64,000 nucleotides of DNA, from contig CAZAWH010000001.1 in the NCBI GenBank assembly GCA_964488775.1, positions 1,269-65,268 of the forward strand, in the 5' to 3' direction. The notes beneath the pieces were generated by a model. It saw only the letters and a program-made list of their open reading frames with translations, ran no database searches and had not been told where the DNA came from. The stretch comes from an uncultured Sandarakinorhabdus sp. (lineage in GTDB: Bacteria > Pseudomonadota > Alphaproteobacteria > Sphingomonadales > Sphingomonadaceae). Below, one piece after another: positions 26,168 to 37,043 of this stretch. Positions within the stretch are counted from its first letter, which is position 1. Each line of letters opens with the position of its first letter. The position numbers were made by a program, and so were the translations under genes.

Positions 26168-28032
26168 TGGATCTGCTGTCGCTGGGCCGGTCGGGGGTGC
26201 TGGCCTTTCAAAAGGCGCTGAACGCCACCGGGGACAATGTCGCCAATGCCGACACGCCGGGCTTTGTGCGGCGGCGCGCCGTGCTGGCCACCCAGCCGGT
26301 GGGCCGGGGCGGGCCGCTGGAACGCGCGCCCATGGCCGGAGCCGGGGTGCGCGTCGCCAGCGTTGCCCGCGACGTCGATGCGCTGAAGGCCAATGCTGCC
26401 CGCATCGCCAGCGGTGATCAGGCCCGGCTGGGGGCGCGGCTGGACTGGTTGGAACGGCTTGAGTCCCTCTCCACCACTGCGGCGGTGGCCGAGCGGCTGG
26501 GCCGTTTCTTTGATGCCGGCACGGCGCTGGCCGCTGCCCCCACGCAAGGCGCGGCCCGCGCGGCGTTTCTGAATGCCGCTGATGATGCGGCCAACGCATT
26601 CAATGATCTGGGCCGCGATCTTGACACGCTGGAACAGGATATCAGGGCAGAGGCCGGATTGAGCGCGCGCCGGGTGAATGATCTGGCCGCGGCGCTGGTG
26701 CAGGTGAACGAACAGCTGCGCCGCGGTGATCCCGGCGATGCGGCCAGCAACGGCCTGATGGACAATCGCGACCGGCTGCTGCGCGATCTGGCCGACGAGG
26801 TGCGCATCAGCCTGGCCGAAGGCCCGCGTGGCACGGTGGAGGTGAAGCTGGGCTTTGGCCCATCGGCGGTGACCATCGTGCCCTTTGCCGGCAATGCCGC
26901 CCGCATCGGCGTGGCGCCCGATGGCCAGACCATCTTGTTGAACCCGGAATTTGATCCCCAGCCGCTGCGTCTGCCGGCATCGGGCCGGCTGGCCGGCCTG
27001 CTGGAAGCCAGCGGGGAGATCATCCGAGCCCGCGCCGCGCTGGATGGCCAGGCCGGCCAGTTTGCCGGGCTGATCAACGATTGGCATGCGCGCGGCATCG
27101 ATGCACAGGGCCAGGCCGGCACGGCAATGCTGGCCACCACGGCCGTGCGCACCACGGTCGGCAAGGCCAATGCCGGCGCAGCGCCGGTGGACGTGCAATT
27201 GGCCGATGGGGCGGTGCCCGACCCTTCCGGCTATCGCCTGTTGGCCGATGCGGCCGGCTTCACCCTGGCGCGCGGCGATGGCAGCGCCAGCGTGACGGGG
27301 CCAGGCCCCCTGGTGCTGGATGGCCTGACAGTGACCATCGGTGCCGGTGCCGTGGCCGGCGACCAATGGGATCTGCAACCGCTTGCCGGCGCGCAGGGCC
27401 TGTCGCTGCGGCCACTCGCCCCGGTGCAGGTGGCCGCAGCGGCCCGCTGGCAGGTGGATGGGCCGCCGGGCGCGCGCCAACTGCCCGGCATCACCGATGA
27501 TCCGACGGCCCTGGCCTTGCCGGGCGGCACCACGACGCCGCCGCCATGGCGGATCAGCATCATTGCCGGCGGCCTGGCGGAGGTGCGCGATCCCACCGGC
27601 GTGACCTTGCTGGCCACGGTGCCGGCCGATGGCAGCCTGATCGAAGGGCCGGGCCTGCGCTTCACCGTGCCGGCGGCGGCGGATGGCACAGTCTTCCGCG
27701 TCGCGCCCACCCCGGCCGGCGCGCAGGACAATCGCAACGCCCTGGCGCTGGCCCTGGTGCGCAGCCAGCCCGGGCCCAACGGCACGCTGGAGGATCAGCT
27801 TGATGCCGAATTGGCCGGCATCGGCAGCCGCCTGGCTGACACCCGCCGGCTGGAATCGGCCGCCGCTGCCCTGAAAGATGACACGGCGCGGGCCAATGAT
27901 GCCGTGTCCGGCGTCGATCTGGAACGCGAGGCGGCGGAATTGACCCGGCTGCAGGCGGCCTATCGCGCCAATGCCCAGGTCATCGGCGTCGCCCGCGACC
28001 TGCTTGACCAGATCCTGGGCCTGACCCGGTGA
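26164..28032 (+). CDS. flgK: Hook-associated protein FlgK
   Basis: [17 protein letters not shown] and C-terminal [24 protein letters not shown]. Confidence 0.92.
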   Translation: MMDLLSLGRSGVLAFQKALNATGDNVANADTPGFVRRRAVLATQPVGRGGPLERAPMAGAGVRVASVARDVDALKANAARIASGDQARLGARLDWLERLESLSTTAAVAERLGRFFDAGTALAAAPTQGAARAAFLNAADDAANAFNDLGRDLDTLEQDIRAEAGLSARRVNDLAAALVQVNEQLRRGDPGDAASNGLMDNRDRLLRDLADEVRISLAEGPRGTVEVKLGFGPSAVTIVPFAGNAARIGVAPDGQTILLNPEFDPQPLRLPASGRLAGLLEASGEIIRARAALDGQAGQFAGLINDWHARGIDAQGQAGTAMLATTAVRTTVGKANAGAAPVDVQLADGAVPDPSGYRLLADAAGFTLARGDGSASVTGPGPLVLDGLTVTIGAGAVAGDQWDLQPLAGAQGLSLRPLAPVQVAAAARWQVDGPPGARQLPGITDDPTALALPGGTTTPPPWRISIIAGGLAEVRDPTGVTLLATVPADGSLIEGPGLRFTVPAAADGTVFRVAPTPAGAQDNRNALALALVRSQPGPNGTLEDQLDAELAGIGSRLADTRRLESAAAALKDDTARANDAVSGVDLEREAAELTRLQAAYRANAQVIGVARDLLDQILGLTR

Positions 28033-29000
28033 TCCCGCCGCTTTCCGCCCGGTCCGGCCATGATGCCGCCGTCCGCCGCTTGACCGGCCTGACCCGCCAA
28101 CTGGCCGAGGTGCAGCAGCAGATCAGCACCGGCAAGCGGGTGGCAGGCCCTGGCGACGACGCCATCGCTTTTGCCCGCGCCGCCACATTGAAACGCGCCG
28201 ATGCCGGCGGCGAGGCGCAGCGCAAGGCCATGGACGCCGCCGCCGCCAGGCTGACTGCCAGTGAAACCGCGCTTGCCGGCATTGCCGACCTCATGGCGCG
28301 CGCCAAGGAACTGGCGCTGGCCGGCCGCAACGCCACGCTGAACGCCGGTGACCGCGCGGTGCTGGCGCTGGAGGTGAACGAGCTGCTGGCCGCCGCACGC
28401 GGCCTGGCGGAAGCCCGCGGGCCAGATGGCGAGGCGCTGTTTGCCGGCGCCGGGCTCGCCCCCGCCTATGCCGATGATGCCGATGGGCTGGCCGCCTGGG
28501 CCGGGCTGGGGGCACCGCCGCAAGTGGCGGTGGCCGGCCGCCTGCTGCCCGCCGGGATCAGCGGGCCCGAAGCCTTTGGCCAAACCGAGCCCCTGCCCCC
28601 GCCCGACCCGCTGGCACCGCCGCCCGACCCCGAGGTGCCGCCACCCCCGCGCGGGCGCAACCTGTTCGACAGCCTGATGCATCTTGCCGCCAGCCTGGTG
28701 GAGCCGCGCCCCGATTTTTTCGAGGCCGGCATGGACGAGGCGATTGCCGCGGTGGACGGCCATATCGAGCGTTTGGCCGCCGGCCAGGCCCTGCTGGGCA
28801 CCCGTGGCGCCCGGCTGGATGCGGAAGCCCAGCGGCTGGACACCGCCCAGTTGCAGTGGCGCAAGGACATCAGCCGATTGGAAGAAACCGATATGGTGGA
28901 GGCCATCGCCCGGCTGGACCGGTTGACCACCGTGCTGGAAGCCGCCCAGGCCAGCTTCGCCCGCATTTCCAGCCTGAGCCTGTGGGATCAGATCAGATAA
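28029..29000 (+). CDS. flgL: Hook-associated protein FlgL
   Basis: QQQISTGKRV..PGDD and C-terminal LEETDMVEAI...AAQASFARISSLSLWD. Confidence 0.9.
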   Translation: MIPPLSARSGHDAAVRRLTGLTRQLAEVQQQISTGKRVAGPGDDAIAFARAATLKRADAGGEAQRKAMDAAAARLTASETALAGIADLMARAKELALAGRNATLNAGDRAVLALEVNELLAAARGLAEARGPDGEALFAGAGLAPAYADDADGLAAWAGLGAPPQVAVAGRLLPAGISGPEAFGQTEPLPPPDPLAPPPDPEVPPPPRGRNLFDSLMHLAASLVEPRPDFFEAGMDEAIAAVDGHIERLAAGQALLGTRGARLDAEAQRLDTAQLQWRKDISRLEETDMVEAIARLDRLTTVLEAAQASFARISSLSLWDQIR

Positions 29001-29018
29001 GCCCCGAAACGGAGGGAT

Positions 29019-29045
29019 TAAATCCGGAATGGCGGGGGTCGTAAC
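29019..29045 (+). promoter_or_regulatory. Possible sigma28 promoter for motAB
   Basis: TAAA-N15-GTCGTAAC; the -10 element is degenerate. Confidence 0.4.
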
Positions 29046-29084
29046 CCGGTGTGAAGCGTTCACCCCGGAAAGGCCCGCCGCCGC

Positions 29085-29951
29085 ATGCTGTCCATCATTG
29101 GCCTGGTCGTGTTGATTGTGATGGTGTTTGGCGGCTTTGCCATCACCGGCGGCAGCCTGGGCCCGGTGCTGCACGCCCTGCCGCACGAATTTCTGATCAT
29201 CGGCGGCGCGGCGGCCGGCGCCACCCTGGTTGCCACCGACATAAAGGGCATCAAGGAAATGGGCGGCGGCCTTGGTCGCGTCGTGAAGGGCCCGAAATAC
29301 AAGAAGGCCGATTATGGCGCCGCCATCTTCCTGACCGCGCGGCTGATGCGCCTGTTCCGCACCGATGGGCCCACGGCGGTGGAACCGCATATCGAAGACC
29401 CGAAATCATCGAGCATCTTTGCCGAATATCCGCAATTTGCCGCCGATCATTTCTTCATCAGCCTGGTCACCGATTCGATCCGGCTGCTGGTGGTGTCGAC
29501 CGGCACCTTGTCTCCCATGGCAGTTGAAGAGGTGATCGACACCCATATCGAAACCCACCACCACGCCGCCCTGAAACCGGTGGAGCGGCTGCAGACCATG
29601 TCAGACGCGCTGCCGGCGCTGGGCATTGTCGCGGCCGTGCTGGGCGTCATCAAGACGATGGGCAGCATCGACAAGCCACCGGCGATCCTGGGCGCAATGG
29701 TGGGATCGGCATTGGTCGGCACCTTTCTGGGCGTGCTGCTGAGCTATGGCATTGTCGGCCCGCTGGCGGCGCGGTTGAAGGCGGTGATCTACGAGGATGG
29801 CGAGATTTACCTGGTGGTGCGCCGGGTGATCATCGCCACGCTGAAGGGCCAGCCGCAACCGCTGGTGATCGAGGCGGCGCGCACCGCCATCAGCCCCACC
29901 CACCAGCCGACGTTCAGCGAGATTTTTGACGGCATGAGAACGGCAAAGTGA
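29085..29951 (+). CDS. motA: Flagellar stator protein MotA
   Basis: PALGIVAAVLG and GSALVGTFLG..LSYG motifs. Confidence 0.94.
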   Translation: MLSIIGLVVLIVMVFGGFAITGGSLGPVLHALPHEFLIIGGAAAGATLVATDIKGIKEMGGGLGRVVKGPKYKKADYGAAIFLTARLMRLFRTDGPTAVEPHIEDPKSSSIFAEYPQFAADHFFISLVTDSIRLLVVSTGTLSPMAVEEVIDTHIETHHHAALKPVERLQTMSDALPALGIVAAVLGVIKTMGSIDKPPAILGAMVGSALVGTFLGVLLSYGIVGPLAARLKAVIYEDGEIYLVVRRVIIATLKGQPQPLVIEAARTAISPTHQPTFSEIFDGMRTAK

Positions 29952-29961
29952 GGACGGCGAC

Positions 29962-30837
29962 GTGAAGCCCGAAGGTCTGATCGAGCCCGAAGTCATCATC
30001 AAGAAGGTCAAGGGCCACGGCCATGGCCATCACGGCGGCGCGTGGAAAATCGCCTATGCCGATTTCGTGACCGCGATGATGGCCTTTTTCATGCTGTTGT
30101 GGATCCTGGGCGCCACCACCGAAAAGCAGCGCAAGGGCATCGCCGATTATTTCTCGCCCACCGTGATCCAGATGCAGAACAGCGGCGGATCAAACGGCCT
30201 GTTCGGCGGCAAATCGGTCATCGCGCCGGAAGGATCATCGGTGCGGCCCGAAACCGTCGGCCGCCGGCCGATCATGGCGGCCGGTTCCAACAGCCCGTCC
30301 ACCAAGCCCGGTGAAGGCCGGCCCGAAGACGGCAGCGGCAAGACCGCCGGCCGCGCCCGCGACGAGCAGCGGTTCGAGGCGGTGCGCCAACGCATCGAGC
30401 AGCGCCTGGCCGCCGACCCCACGCTGAAGGGCCTGAAAGGCCAGGTGAAATTCGTGCGCACCCGCGACGGCCTGCGCATCGACCTGGTGGAACGGGCGGA
30501 TTTTTCCATGTTCGCGCTGGGCACTTCGGCCCCCACTCAGGCGGCTGGCGTGCTGGTGCAGACCGTTGCCAATGCCATTGCCGACACGCCCAACCGGCTG
30601 GCCGTGCGCGGCCACACCGATGCCCTGGGCTTCAGCGGCGGCGGCCAGTCCAACTGGAGCCTTTCCACCGCCCGCGCCGATGCCACTCGCCGGCTGTTGA
30701 TGGGCGCCGGGATCGGCGTTGCCCGCTTCCGCCGCATCGAAGGCGTGGCCGACACCGATCCCTTTGTAAAAGAAAATCCAACTGATCCGCGCAACCGGCG
30801 GATCAGCATCACCCTTTTGTATGATGATCCGGCCTGA
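29962..30837 (+). CDS. motB: Flagellar stator protein MotB
   Basis: GAWKIAYADFVTAMMAFF, OmpA-like GHTD...NWSLS..RA and RNRRI motifs. Confidence 0.94.
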   Translation: MKPEGLIEPEVIIKKVKGHGHGHHGGAWKIAYADFVTAMMAFFMLLWILGATTEKQRKGIADYFSPTVIQMQNSGGSNGLFGGKSVIAPEGSSVRPETVGRRPIMAAGSNSPSTKPGEGRPEDGSGKTAGRARDEQRFEAVRQRIEQRLAADPTLKGLKGQVKFVRTRDGLRIDLVERADFSMFALGTSAPTQAAGVLVQTVANAIADTPNRLAVRGHTDALGFSGGGQSNWSLSTARADATRRLLMGAGIGVARFRRIEGVADTDPFVKENPTDPRNRRISITLLYDDPA

Positions 30838-31138
30838 TCTTGTGGGAGCCGATTTGTCGCATCTGGAAATTTAACATTACAGAGCCGCAATATGTCCGCG
30901 ATGATTGACAGACGCTGCCTCAATCAATAGTCCGGCGTCCCTGTCGCGTGTAGTGGGTGATCGAACTGCTGCGAAGGACATGGCTAGGCTGTGCGTTAGC
31001 GCTGGCGTGGCCATCCCGTTGCAACTGTTTGAGGAACCGATACGTGCTGTTGGAGGTTGCGGGCATCCATGCGAGGGGGTGTCCAACGGGGTTGAACAAA
31101 GCGGCTGTGCGGGCATGGCTGCGGGCTGGTGGTGCGCG

Positions 31139-32227
31139 ATGAGCGACTGGAGCAACAAATCCGTTCTGGTCACGGGTCACACCGGCTTCAAGGGCGGTTG
31201 GCTTACCTTGTTGCTTGGCCAACTTGGCGCCCGGATCACCGGTCTGTCTCTGCCGGCGCCCAGCGACCCATCCATTTTCGATCAGGCGCGGGTTGCCGAT
31301 GGCATCACTCATGTCATCGGAGACATTCGCGATGCGGCCATGGTTGCAGATGTGGTGGCCGATTGCCGCCCTGAAGTGATCTTCCACCTCGCAGCCCAGC
31401 CGCTGGTCCGCTACTCCTACGATCATCCAGTGGAGACCTTTGCCACCAACGTGCTGGGCACGGCCCATGTGCTGGATGCTGCCCGCAAGGTGGGCGGCGT
31501 GCGTGCCATCGTCGCCGTCACGTCCGACAAATGCTACGAGAACCGCGAATGGGTGTGGCCCTACCGCGAAAATGATCCCATGGGCGGCCATGATCCCTAC
31601 AGCGCCAGCAAGGGCGCGGCCGAACTGGTGATCTCCAGTTTCCGCAGCAGCTATTTTCCGGCCGCCGAACTGGCCCGGCATGGCACCGGCCTTGCCTCGG
31701 TCAGGGCCGGCAACGTGATCGGCGGCGGCGATTGGGCAACCGATCGTTTGGTGCCTGATCTGATCCGCGCCTTTCTCGCCGGGCAGACTCCAATCATCCG
31801 CTCCCCCGGTGCCATCCGGCCCTGGCAGCATGTGCTGGAAGCGGTTGTGGCTTATGTGGATATTGCCGAACGCCTGCTGGCCGGCGACGTGCGCGTGGCC
31901 GAACCGTGGAACTTCGGTCCCGGCGATGATGACACCCAGCCAGTGGCCTGGATCGTGTCCGAGCTTGCCCGGCTGTGGGGCGTGCCCGGCCAGTGGAAGC
32001 GCTGGGAAGGCGCGGTGCCGCATGAGGCCCATCTGCTCAAGCTGGATTGCGCCAAGGCGCGCAATCTGTTGGGTTGGCGCCCCACGCTGCGTCTGGCCGA
32101 GGCGCTGGCATGGATCGTGGAATGGCACCGGTTCGTCGCAGATGGTGGTGATGCCCGGGCCATCACCCTTGACCAGATAAGTCGCTTTCGTACCCGAAAC
32201 CTTGAATTGAACAGGAACGCTGCATGA
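31139..32227 (+). CDS. rfbG: CDP-glucose 4,6-dehydratase
   Basis: [35 protein letters not shown] and [11 protein letters not shown] motifs. Confidence 0.94.
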   Translation: MSDWSNKSVLVTGHTGFKGGWLTLLLGQLGARITGLSLPAPSDPSIFDQARVADGITHVIGDIRDAAMVADVVADCRPEVIFHLAAQPLVRYSYDHPVETFATNVLGTAHVLDAARKVGGVRAIVAVTSDKCYENREWVWPYRENDPMGGHDPYSASKGAAELVISSFRSSYFPAAELARHGTGLASVRAGNVIGGGDWATDRLVPDLIRAFLAGQTPIIRSPGAIRPWQHVLEAVVAYVDIAERLLAGDVRVAEPWNFGPGDDDTQPVAWIVSELARLWGVPGQWKRWEGAVPHEAHLLKLDCAKARNLLGWRPTLRLAEALAWIVEWHRFVADGGDARAITLDQISRFRTRNLELNRNAA

Positions 32228-33597
32228 GTTTTGCCAGTTCTGCCGCCGCCGTTGCCGTTGCCCCCAGCGACAACGCGGCTCCCGACACCGATGCCGGCCG
32301 CATCCGTGCCCAGATCATGGATCTGGTGGCCGAATATCATCGGGTCGCCCACACCCCCAAGCCGTTCGTGCCGGGCGAGAGCCCAATGCCGGTCTCGGGC
32401 AAGGTCTATGGGCCCGAGGAAATGCAGCTGCTGGTCGACAGTGCGCTGGATTTCTGGCTGACCACCGGCCGCTTCAACACCGAATTCGAAGCCAAGCTGG
32501 CCGCACGCCTGGGCGTGAAGCATCTGCTCACCACCAACTCAGGCTCGTCGGCCAATCTGCTGGCGCTGTCGTCGCTGTGCTCGCCTTACCTGCGCGGCGA
32601 TGCCCTGCAGCCGGGCGATGAGGTGATCACGGTGGCCACCGGTTTCCCGACCACGATCAACCCCAGCCTGCAATACGGCCTGGTGCCGGTGTTCGTGGAC
32701 GTTGACCTGCCGACGTACAACATCAAGCCGGAGATGATCGAGGCAGCGATCACGCCGCGCACCCGCGCCATCATGGTCGCGCATACGCTGGGCAACCCTT
32801 TTGACCTGGCCGAAGTGATGCGCGTGGCCGAAAAATATGATCTGTGGGTGGTGGAAGACACCTGCGATGCACTTGGCGCCACCTACGATGGCCGCATGGT
32901 CGGCACCTTTGGCGACATCGGCACCCTGTCCTTCTATCCGGCCCACCATATCACCATGGGTGAAGGCGGCGCCGTGTTCACCGACAAGCCGCGCCTGAAG
33001 CGGGTGATCGAATCCATGCGCGACTGGGGCCGCGATTGCTGGTGCGCACCGGGCATGGACAACACCTGCGGCAAGCGTTTTGGCCGTGCGCTGGGCCAGC
33101 TGCCCTTTGGGTACGACCACAAATATACCTACAGCCACGCCGGCTATAACCTGAAGATCACCGACATGCAGGCAGCTGTGGGCGTGGGCCAGTTGGACCG
33201 GCTGGACGATTTCATCGCTGCCCGCCGTGCCAACTTCGCCAAGCTGACCGCACTGTTCAAGCAGTATGAGGAGTTTTTCATCCTGCCCGAAGCCACGCCG
33301 CGCAGCGAGCCGAGCTGGTTCGGCTTTCCGTTGACGCTGCGGGACGGTGCGCCCTTTGCCCGCGAAGAGCTGACCAAGCATTTCGATGCCCATCGCATCG
33401 GTACCCGCCTGCTGTTCGGCGGCAACATCATCAAGCAGCCCTATTTCCGCGGCCGCAACTACAAGGTCGTCGGTGACCTGACCAACGCCGACATCGTGAC
33501 CGAGCGGACGTTCTGGCTGGGGGTGTTCCCTGGCCTGGTTGATGACCATTTCGCGTATCTTGATGACACTGTGAAATCCTTCCTGGCCGCGCGCTGA
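32224..33597 (+). CDS. rfbH: CDP-6-deoxy-4-ketohexose 3-dehydratase E1 (RfbH/DdhC/AscC family)
   Basis: [22 protein letters not shown] (His in place of the PLP Lys) and an intact C-x57-C-x-C-x7-C [2Fe-2S] motif. Confidence 0.93.
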   Translation: MSFASSAAAVAVAPSDNAAPDTDAGRIRAQIMDLVAEYHRVAHTPKPFVPGESPMPVSGKVYGPEEMQLLVDSALDFWLTTGRFNTEFEAKLAARLGVKHLLTTNSGSSANLLALSSLCSPYLRGDALQPGDEVITVATGFPTTINPSLQYGLVPVFVDVDLPTYNIKPEMIEAAITPRTRAIMVAHTLGNPFDLAEVMRVAEKYDLWVVEDTCDALGATYDGRMVGTFGDIGTLSFYPAHHITMGEGGAVFTDKPRLKRVIESMRDWGRDCWCAPGMDNTCGKRFGRALGQLPFGYDHKYTYSHAGYNLKITDMQAAVGVGQLDRLDDFIAARRANFAKLTALFKQYEEFFILPEATPRSEPSWFGFPLTLRDGAPFAREELTKHFDAHRIGTRLLFGGNIIKQPYFRGRNYKVVGDLTNADIVTERTFWLGVFPGLVDDHFAYLDDTVKSFLAAR

Positions 33598-33640
33598 ACG
33601 CCCTCGCGCCAGACAATCAAAACAAAAGGAAACACATCCA

Positions 33641-34438
33641 GTGAACCAATATGAAAAGCGCATGTTGGCCATCCTGAAGGAAGGGAAGGCCCGGTTCGGA
33701 TTCAATTCGGTGAAGGCCGAGTTCGAAGCTGAAGGCACGCGCGTGGACGAGCTGCTGCGCCTGCTGGAACTGGCACGCCGCGCCGATCTCAAGGTGGGAC
33801 TGAAGATCGGCGGCTGCGAGGCCATCCGCGACCTGATCGAGTGCAAGCAATATGGCGTCGACTATGTGATCGCACCGATGGTCGAAACGCCCTATGCGCT
33901 GGAAAAATATGCAGCTGCGGTGAAGAAGGTGTTCACCGACACGGACGAGCGCAACGATATCGGTTTCCTGTTCAATCTGGAGACCATCACCACCTATCAG
34001 GCACTGGCCGAGATGGTGCCGGTCGCCAAGGCCAACAATCTGGGCATGGTGTTCGGGCGCGTGGATTTTGCCGGATCGATGGGCAAGGATCGGGATTTCG
34101 TCGATACCGATGCCATGAAGGCCCATATTCTTGATGCCGCCAATGCTGCGCGCGCCAACGGGCTGCCTTTGGTGGTGGGCGGTGCGGTGTCACCCGATTC
34201 CATCCCGCTGCTGCAGGACGTGCTGGCGGTGCGGCTTGACCGTTTTGAAACCCGCAAGGTCATCTTTGCTGCCGACACGGCGTTGGACCTGCCCAACCTG
34301 GCCGAAGGCCTGAGCCTGGCGATGGAGTTCGAACTGTTGTGGCTCAAGAACAAGCGCGATTATTATTCGAGCATCGCGAAAGAGGATGAAAAGCGCATTG
34401 GCATGATGGAAGCCCGCCAGCAAAAAGCAGCGTACTGA
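33641..34438 (+). CDS. HpcH/HpaI aldolase/citrate-lyase-family protein
   Basis: KAEFEAEG, KIGGCEA, APMVET, NLET and GRVDF motifs. Confidence 0.72.
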   Translation: MNQYEKRMLAILKEGKARFGFNSVKAEFEAEGTRVDELLRLLELARRADLKVGLKIGGCEAIRDLIECKQYGVDYVIAPMVETPYALEKYAAAVKKVFTDTDERNDIGFLFNLETITTYQALAEMVPVAKANNLGMVFGRVDFAGSMGKDRDFVDTDAMKAHILDAANAARANGLPLVVGGAVSPDSIPLLQDVLAVRLDRFETRKVIFAADTALDLPNLAEGLSLAMEFELLWLKNKRDYYSSIAKEDEKRIGMMEARQQKAAY

Positions 34439-34467
34439 GCGTCGCTGGCTGGTTTTGGAAGGACTGC

Positions 34468-36366
34468 GTGATGATCCGGGTGGCAGACTATATCGCGCGG
34501 CGGCTGGTGGCAGCAGGGGTAACTGACTGCTTCATGCTGACCGGCGGTGGCGCGATGCAGCTCAACGATGCGTTTGGCCGGCAGCCCGGCATGCGCTGCC
34601 TGTATCTGCATCACGAACAGGCCAGCGCGATTGCGGCCGAAAGCTATGCCCGGCTTTCCGGCCGGGCGGCGCTGGTGAATGTCACCACGGGCCCCGGCGG
34701 CATCAACACGTTGAACGGCGTGTATGGCGCCTATGTCGATTCCATTCCGATGTTCATCGTTTCGGGCCAGGTGAAGCGCGAGACCTTTCTGCGCAACTAC
34801 CCGATCCCGCTTCGCCAGCTTGGCGATCAGGAGGTCGACATTGTCGAAATGGTGAAGCCAATCACCAAATATGCCGTGGTGCTCGACAAGCCTTCCGATG
34901 TGCGTCGCGTGGTGGAAAAGGCCATCACGTTGATGATGCGCGGCCGGCCCGGCCCGGTGTGGCTCGATATTCCAGGTGACGTCCAGGGTGCGCTGATTGA
35001 TCCTGACGCTCTGGACGCCTGGGATCCGGTCGAGGACGACCGCAACGGCGAGCATCCGAACACTGCGGCCGAAGAAGGCCTGCTGACGGGTGCCGCGCTT
35101 TCAGCATGCGCTGCAGCAGTTCTCGACGATCTTGACAAGGCTGAACGGCCAGTAATCCTCGCCGGCAACGGCGTCCGGCTATCGGGCAGCGTGGAGACGA
35201 TGCTGGAATTTGCGAGAGCGCGCGGCCTCCCGATCGTCACCGGCTGGAATGCCCATGATCTAATCGCCAACGATGATCCGCTCTACTGCGGCCGGCCCGG
35301 ATCGGTCGGTGATCGCGGCGGCAATTTTGCCGTGCAGACGGCCGATCACGTGCTGGTGCTTGGCTGCCGACTGAACATCCGCCAGATCAGTTATAACTGG
35401 GCGAGCTTTGCGCGCGACGCCAGGGTGACCATGATTGATGTGGACGGTGCCGAGCTGGCCAAGCCGACCCTTGCGCTGCACCGGGCCGTGCACGCCGATC
35501 TCGCCGCGTTCCTGGCCGCTGCAGCGACCCTGCCGGTCCCCGCTGGCCGAGCGGCTGCCGTTGAGCCGTGGCGCGCCTGGTGCCGTCAGCGCAGCCAACA
35601 TTACCCCGTCGTGCTGCCCGAATACTGGACCGAGGGACTGATCAACCCCTACTGCTTCGGCAAGGCGCTGTTCGATGCGCTTGAAGACGGCGACATCATC
35701 GTGACTGGCGACGGTACGGCTTGTGTCACCATTTTCCAGGCTGCGCACATCAAGCCCGGTCAACGACTTTACACTAACAGCGGCTGCGCTTCGATGGGCT
35801 ATGACCTGCCGGCGGCGATCGGCGCGGCCTATGCCTCCGGCGCACACCGCATCATCTGCCTGGCTGGTGATGGCAGCGTGATGCAGAATCTGCAGGAATT
35901 GCAGACCATTGTGGGCATGAAGCTGCCAATCAAGCTCTTCATCTTGAACAACGACGGCTATCACAGCATCCGCCAAGCCCAGCAGAATTATTTCCCAGAC
36001 AATATTGTTGGCTGCGGCCCGGATTCGGGACTGTCGTTCCCGGATTTCCAGCGACTGGCGCATGGCTTTGCCATTCCTGCGGCGCGGGTGGACACTCACG
36101 CCGGCCTTGAAGGCGCCATCCGCGCCTGTCTGGCCGGGGAAGGGCCGCAAATGCTGGAGGTGATGATCGACAAGGCACAGGCCTTTGCCCCGAAATTGTC
36201 GTCGCGTCGGCTTGATGATGGCACCATGGTCTCCAGTCCGCTGGAAGATCTGGCGCCGTTCCTGCCGCGTGACGAATTCGCCTGGGCGATGCAGCCATTG
36301 CCGGTGGTGCCACACCCGGCAGCCGCTGCGACTGGGCAATCCGGGGCCGGCAAGGCCGCAGCGTGA
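34468..36366 (+). CDS. ThDP-dependent acetolactate-synthase-like enzyme (YerE-like)
   Basis: HHEQ, VTTGPGG.N and GRPGPVWLDIP motifs, ThDP motif GDGS...NN; embedded in a CDP-dideoxysugar operon. Confidence 0.88.
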   Translation: MMIRVADYIARRLVAAGVTDCFMLTGGGAMQLNDAFGRQPGMRCLYLHHEQASAIAAESYARLSGRAALVNVTTGPGGINTLNGVYGAYVDSIPMFIVSGQVKRETFLRNYPIPLRQLGDQEVDIVEMVKPITKYAVVLDKPSDVRRVVEKAITLMMRGRPGPVWLDIPGDVQGALIDPDALDAWDPVEDDRNGEHPNTAAEEGLLTGAALSACAAAVLDDLDKAERPVILAGNGVRLSGSVETMLEFARARGLPIVTGWNAHDLIANDDPLYCGRPGSVGDRGGNFAVQTADHVLVLGCRLNIRQISYNWASFARDARVTMIDVDGAELAKPTLALHRAVHADLAAFLAAAATLPVPAGRAAAVEPWRAWCRQRSQHYPVVLPEYWTEGLINPYCFGKALFDALEDGDIIVTGDGTACVTIFQAAHIKPGQRLYTNSGCASMGYDLPAAIGAAYASGAHRIICLAGDGSVMQNLQELQTIVGMKLPIKLFILNNDGYHSIRQAQQNYFPDNIVGCGPDSGLSFPDFQRLAHGFAIPAARVDTHAGLEGAIRACLAGEGPQMLEVMIDKAQAFAPKLSSRRLDDGTMVSSPLEDLAPFLPRDEFAWAMQPLPVVPHPAAAATGQSGAGKAAA

Positions 36367-37043
36367 TGCTGCGCCACATCATCTTTGATCTGGATGGCAC
36401 GCTGGTCGACAGCGTCGGCATCACGGTTGCCATCATCGAAAGCATGCTGGCCCGTCGGGGCATCGCCATGACGGTTTGCCCGCTGACCACACGCGCCCAT
36501 GTGTCGGCTGGTGGTGAAGCCATGATTGCGGCGGTAATGGGGGTTCATTGCAGCAACCCGAAGGACGATATTGCGGAGTTCCGCCGTATCCACGCCGAGA
36601 TCCAGACTCCACCAGACACATTGTTCCCGCAGGTGGCCGATCAGCTGGCGGTCCTTGCAGCTGCCGGCTTCACGCTGTCCATCTGTTCCAACAAGCCGCA
36701 GAATCTTTGCGAGAAGGTTCTGAGCGATTTGGGCATTGCCCATCATTTCAGCGTCATTGTGGGCAGCCGCGACGGCCTGCGCAAGAAACCCCATCCCGAT
36801 CTGATGGATATTGCGCTGGCCGAGCTGGGTGCAAGGGCAGAGGAATGCCTGTTTGTCGGCGACAGCGAGCTGGACCTGCTGGCCGCACATCATTTCAAGA
36901 TGCCATTCGTGCTGGTCGAATGGGGCTATGTCGAGGATATCGCCCGACTGGAAGATGCGCCTGGCGAATATGAACTGGTGAGCGACATGGTCGCGCTTGT
37001 CGCATTGGCCGAGCGGCTGCGCAGCGGCCGCGTCGCGGCATGA
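36363..37043 (+). CDS. HAD-family phosphatase
   Basis: FDLDGTLVDS, SNK, KPHP and VGDS..D motifs. Confidence 0.88.
   Translation: MMLRHIIFDLDGTLVDSVGITVAIIESMLARRGIAMTVCPLTTRAHVSAGGEAMIAAVMGVHCSNPKDDIAEFRRIHAEIQTPPDTLFPQVADQLAVLAAAGFTLSICSNKPQNLCEKVLSDLGIAHHFSVIVGSRDGLRKKPHPDLMDIALAELGARAEECLFVGDSELDLLAAHHFKMPFVLVEWGYVEDIARLEDAPGEYELVSDMVALVALAERLRSGRVAA

Noticed and set aside
30838..31138. N-terminal extension of rfbG from 30905, or a JUMPstart/ops element
   Set aside because: Homology begins at ATG 31139; no GGCGGTAG ops motif was seen. Likely promoter or leader DNA.
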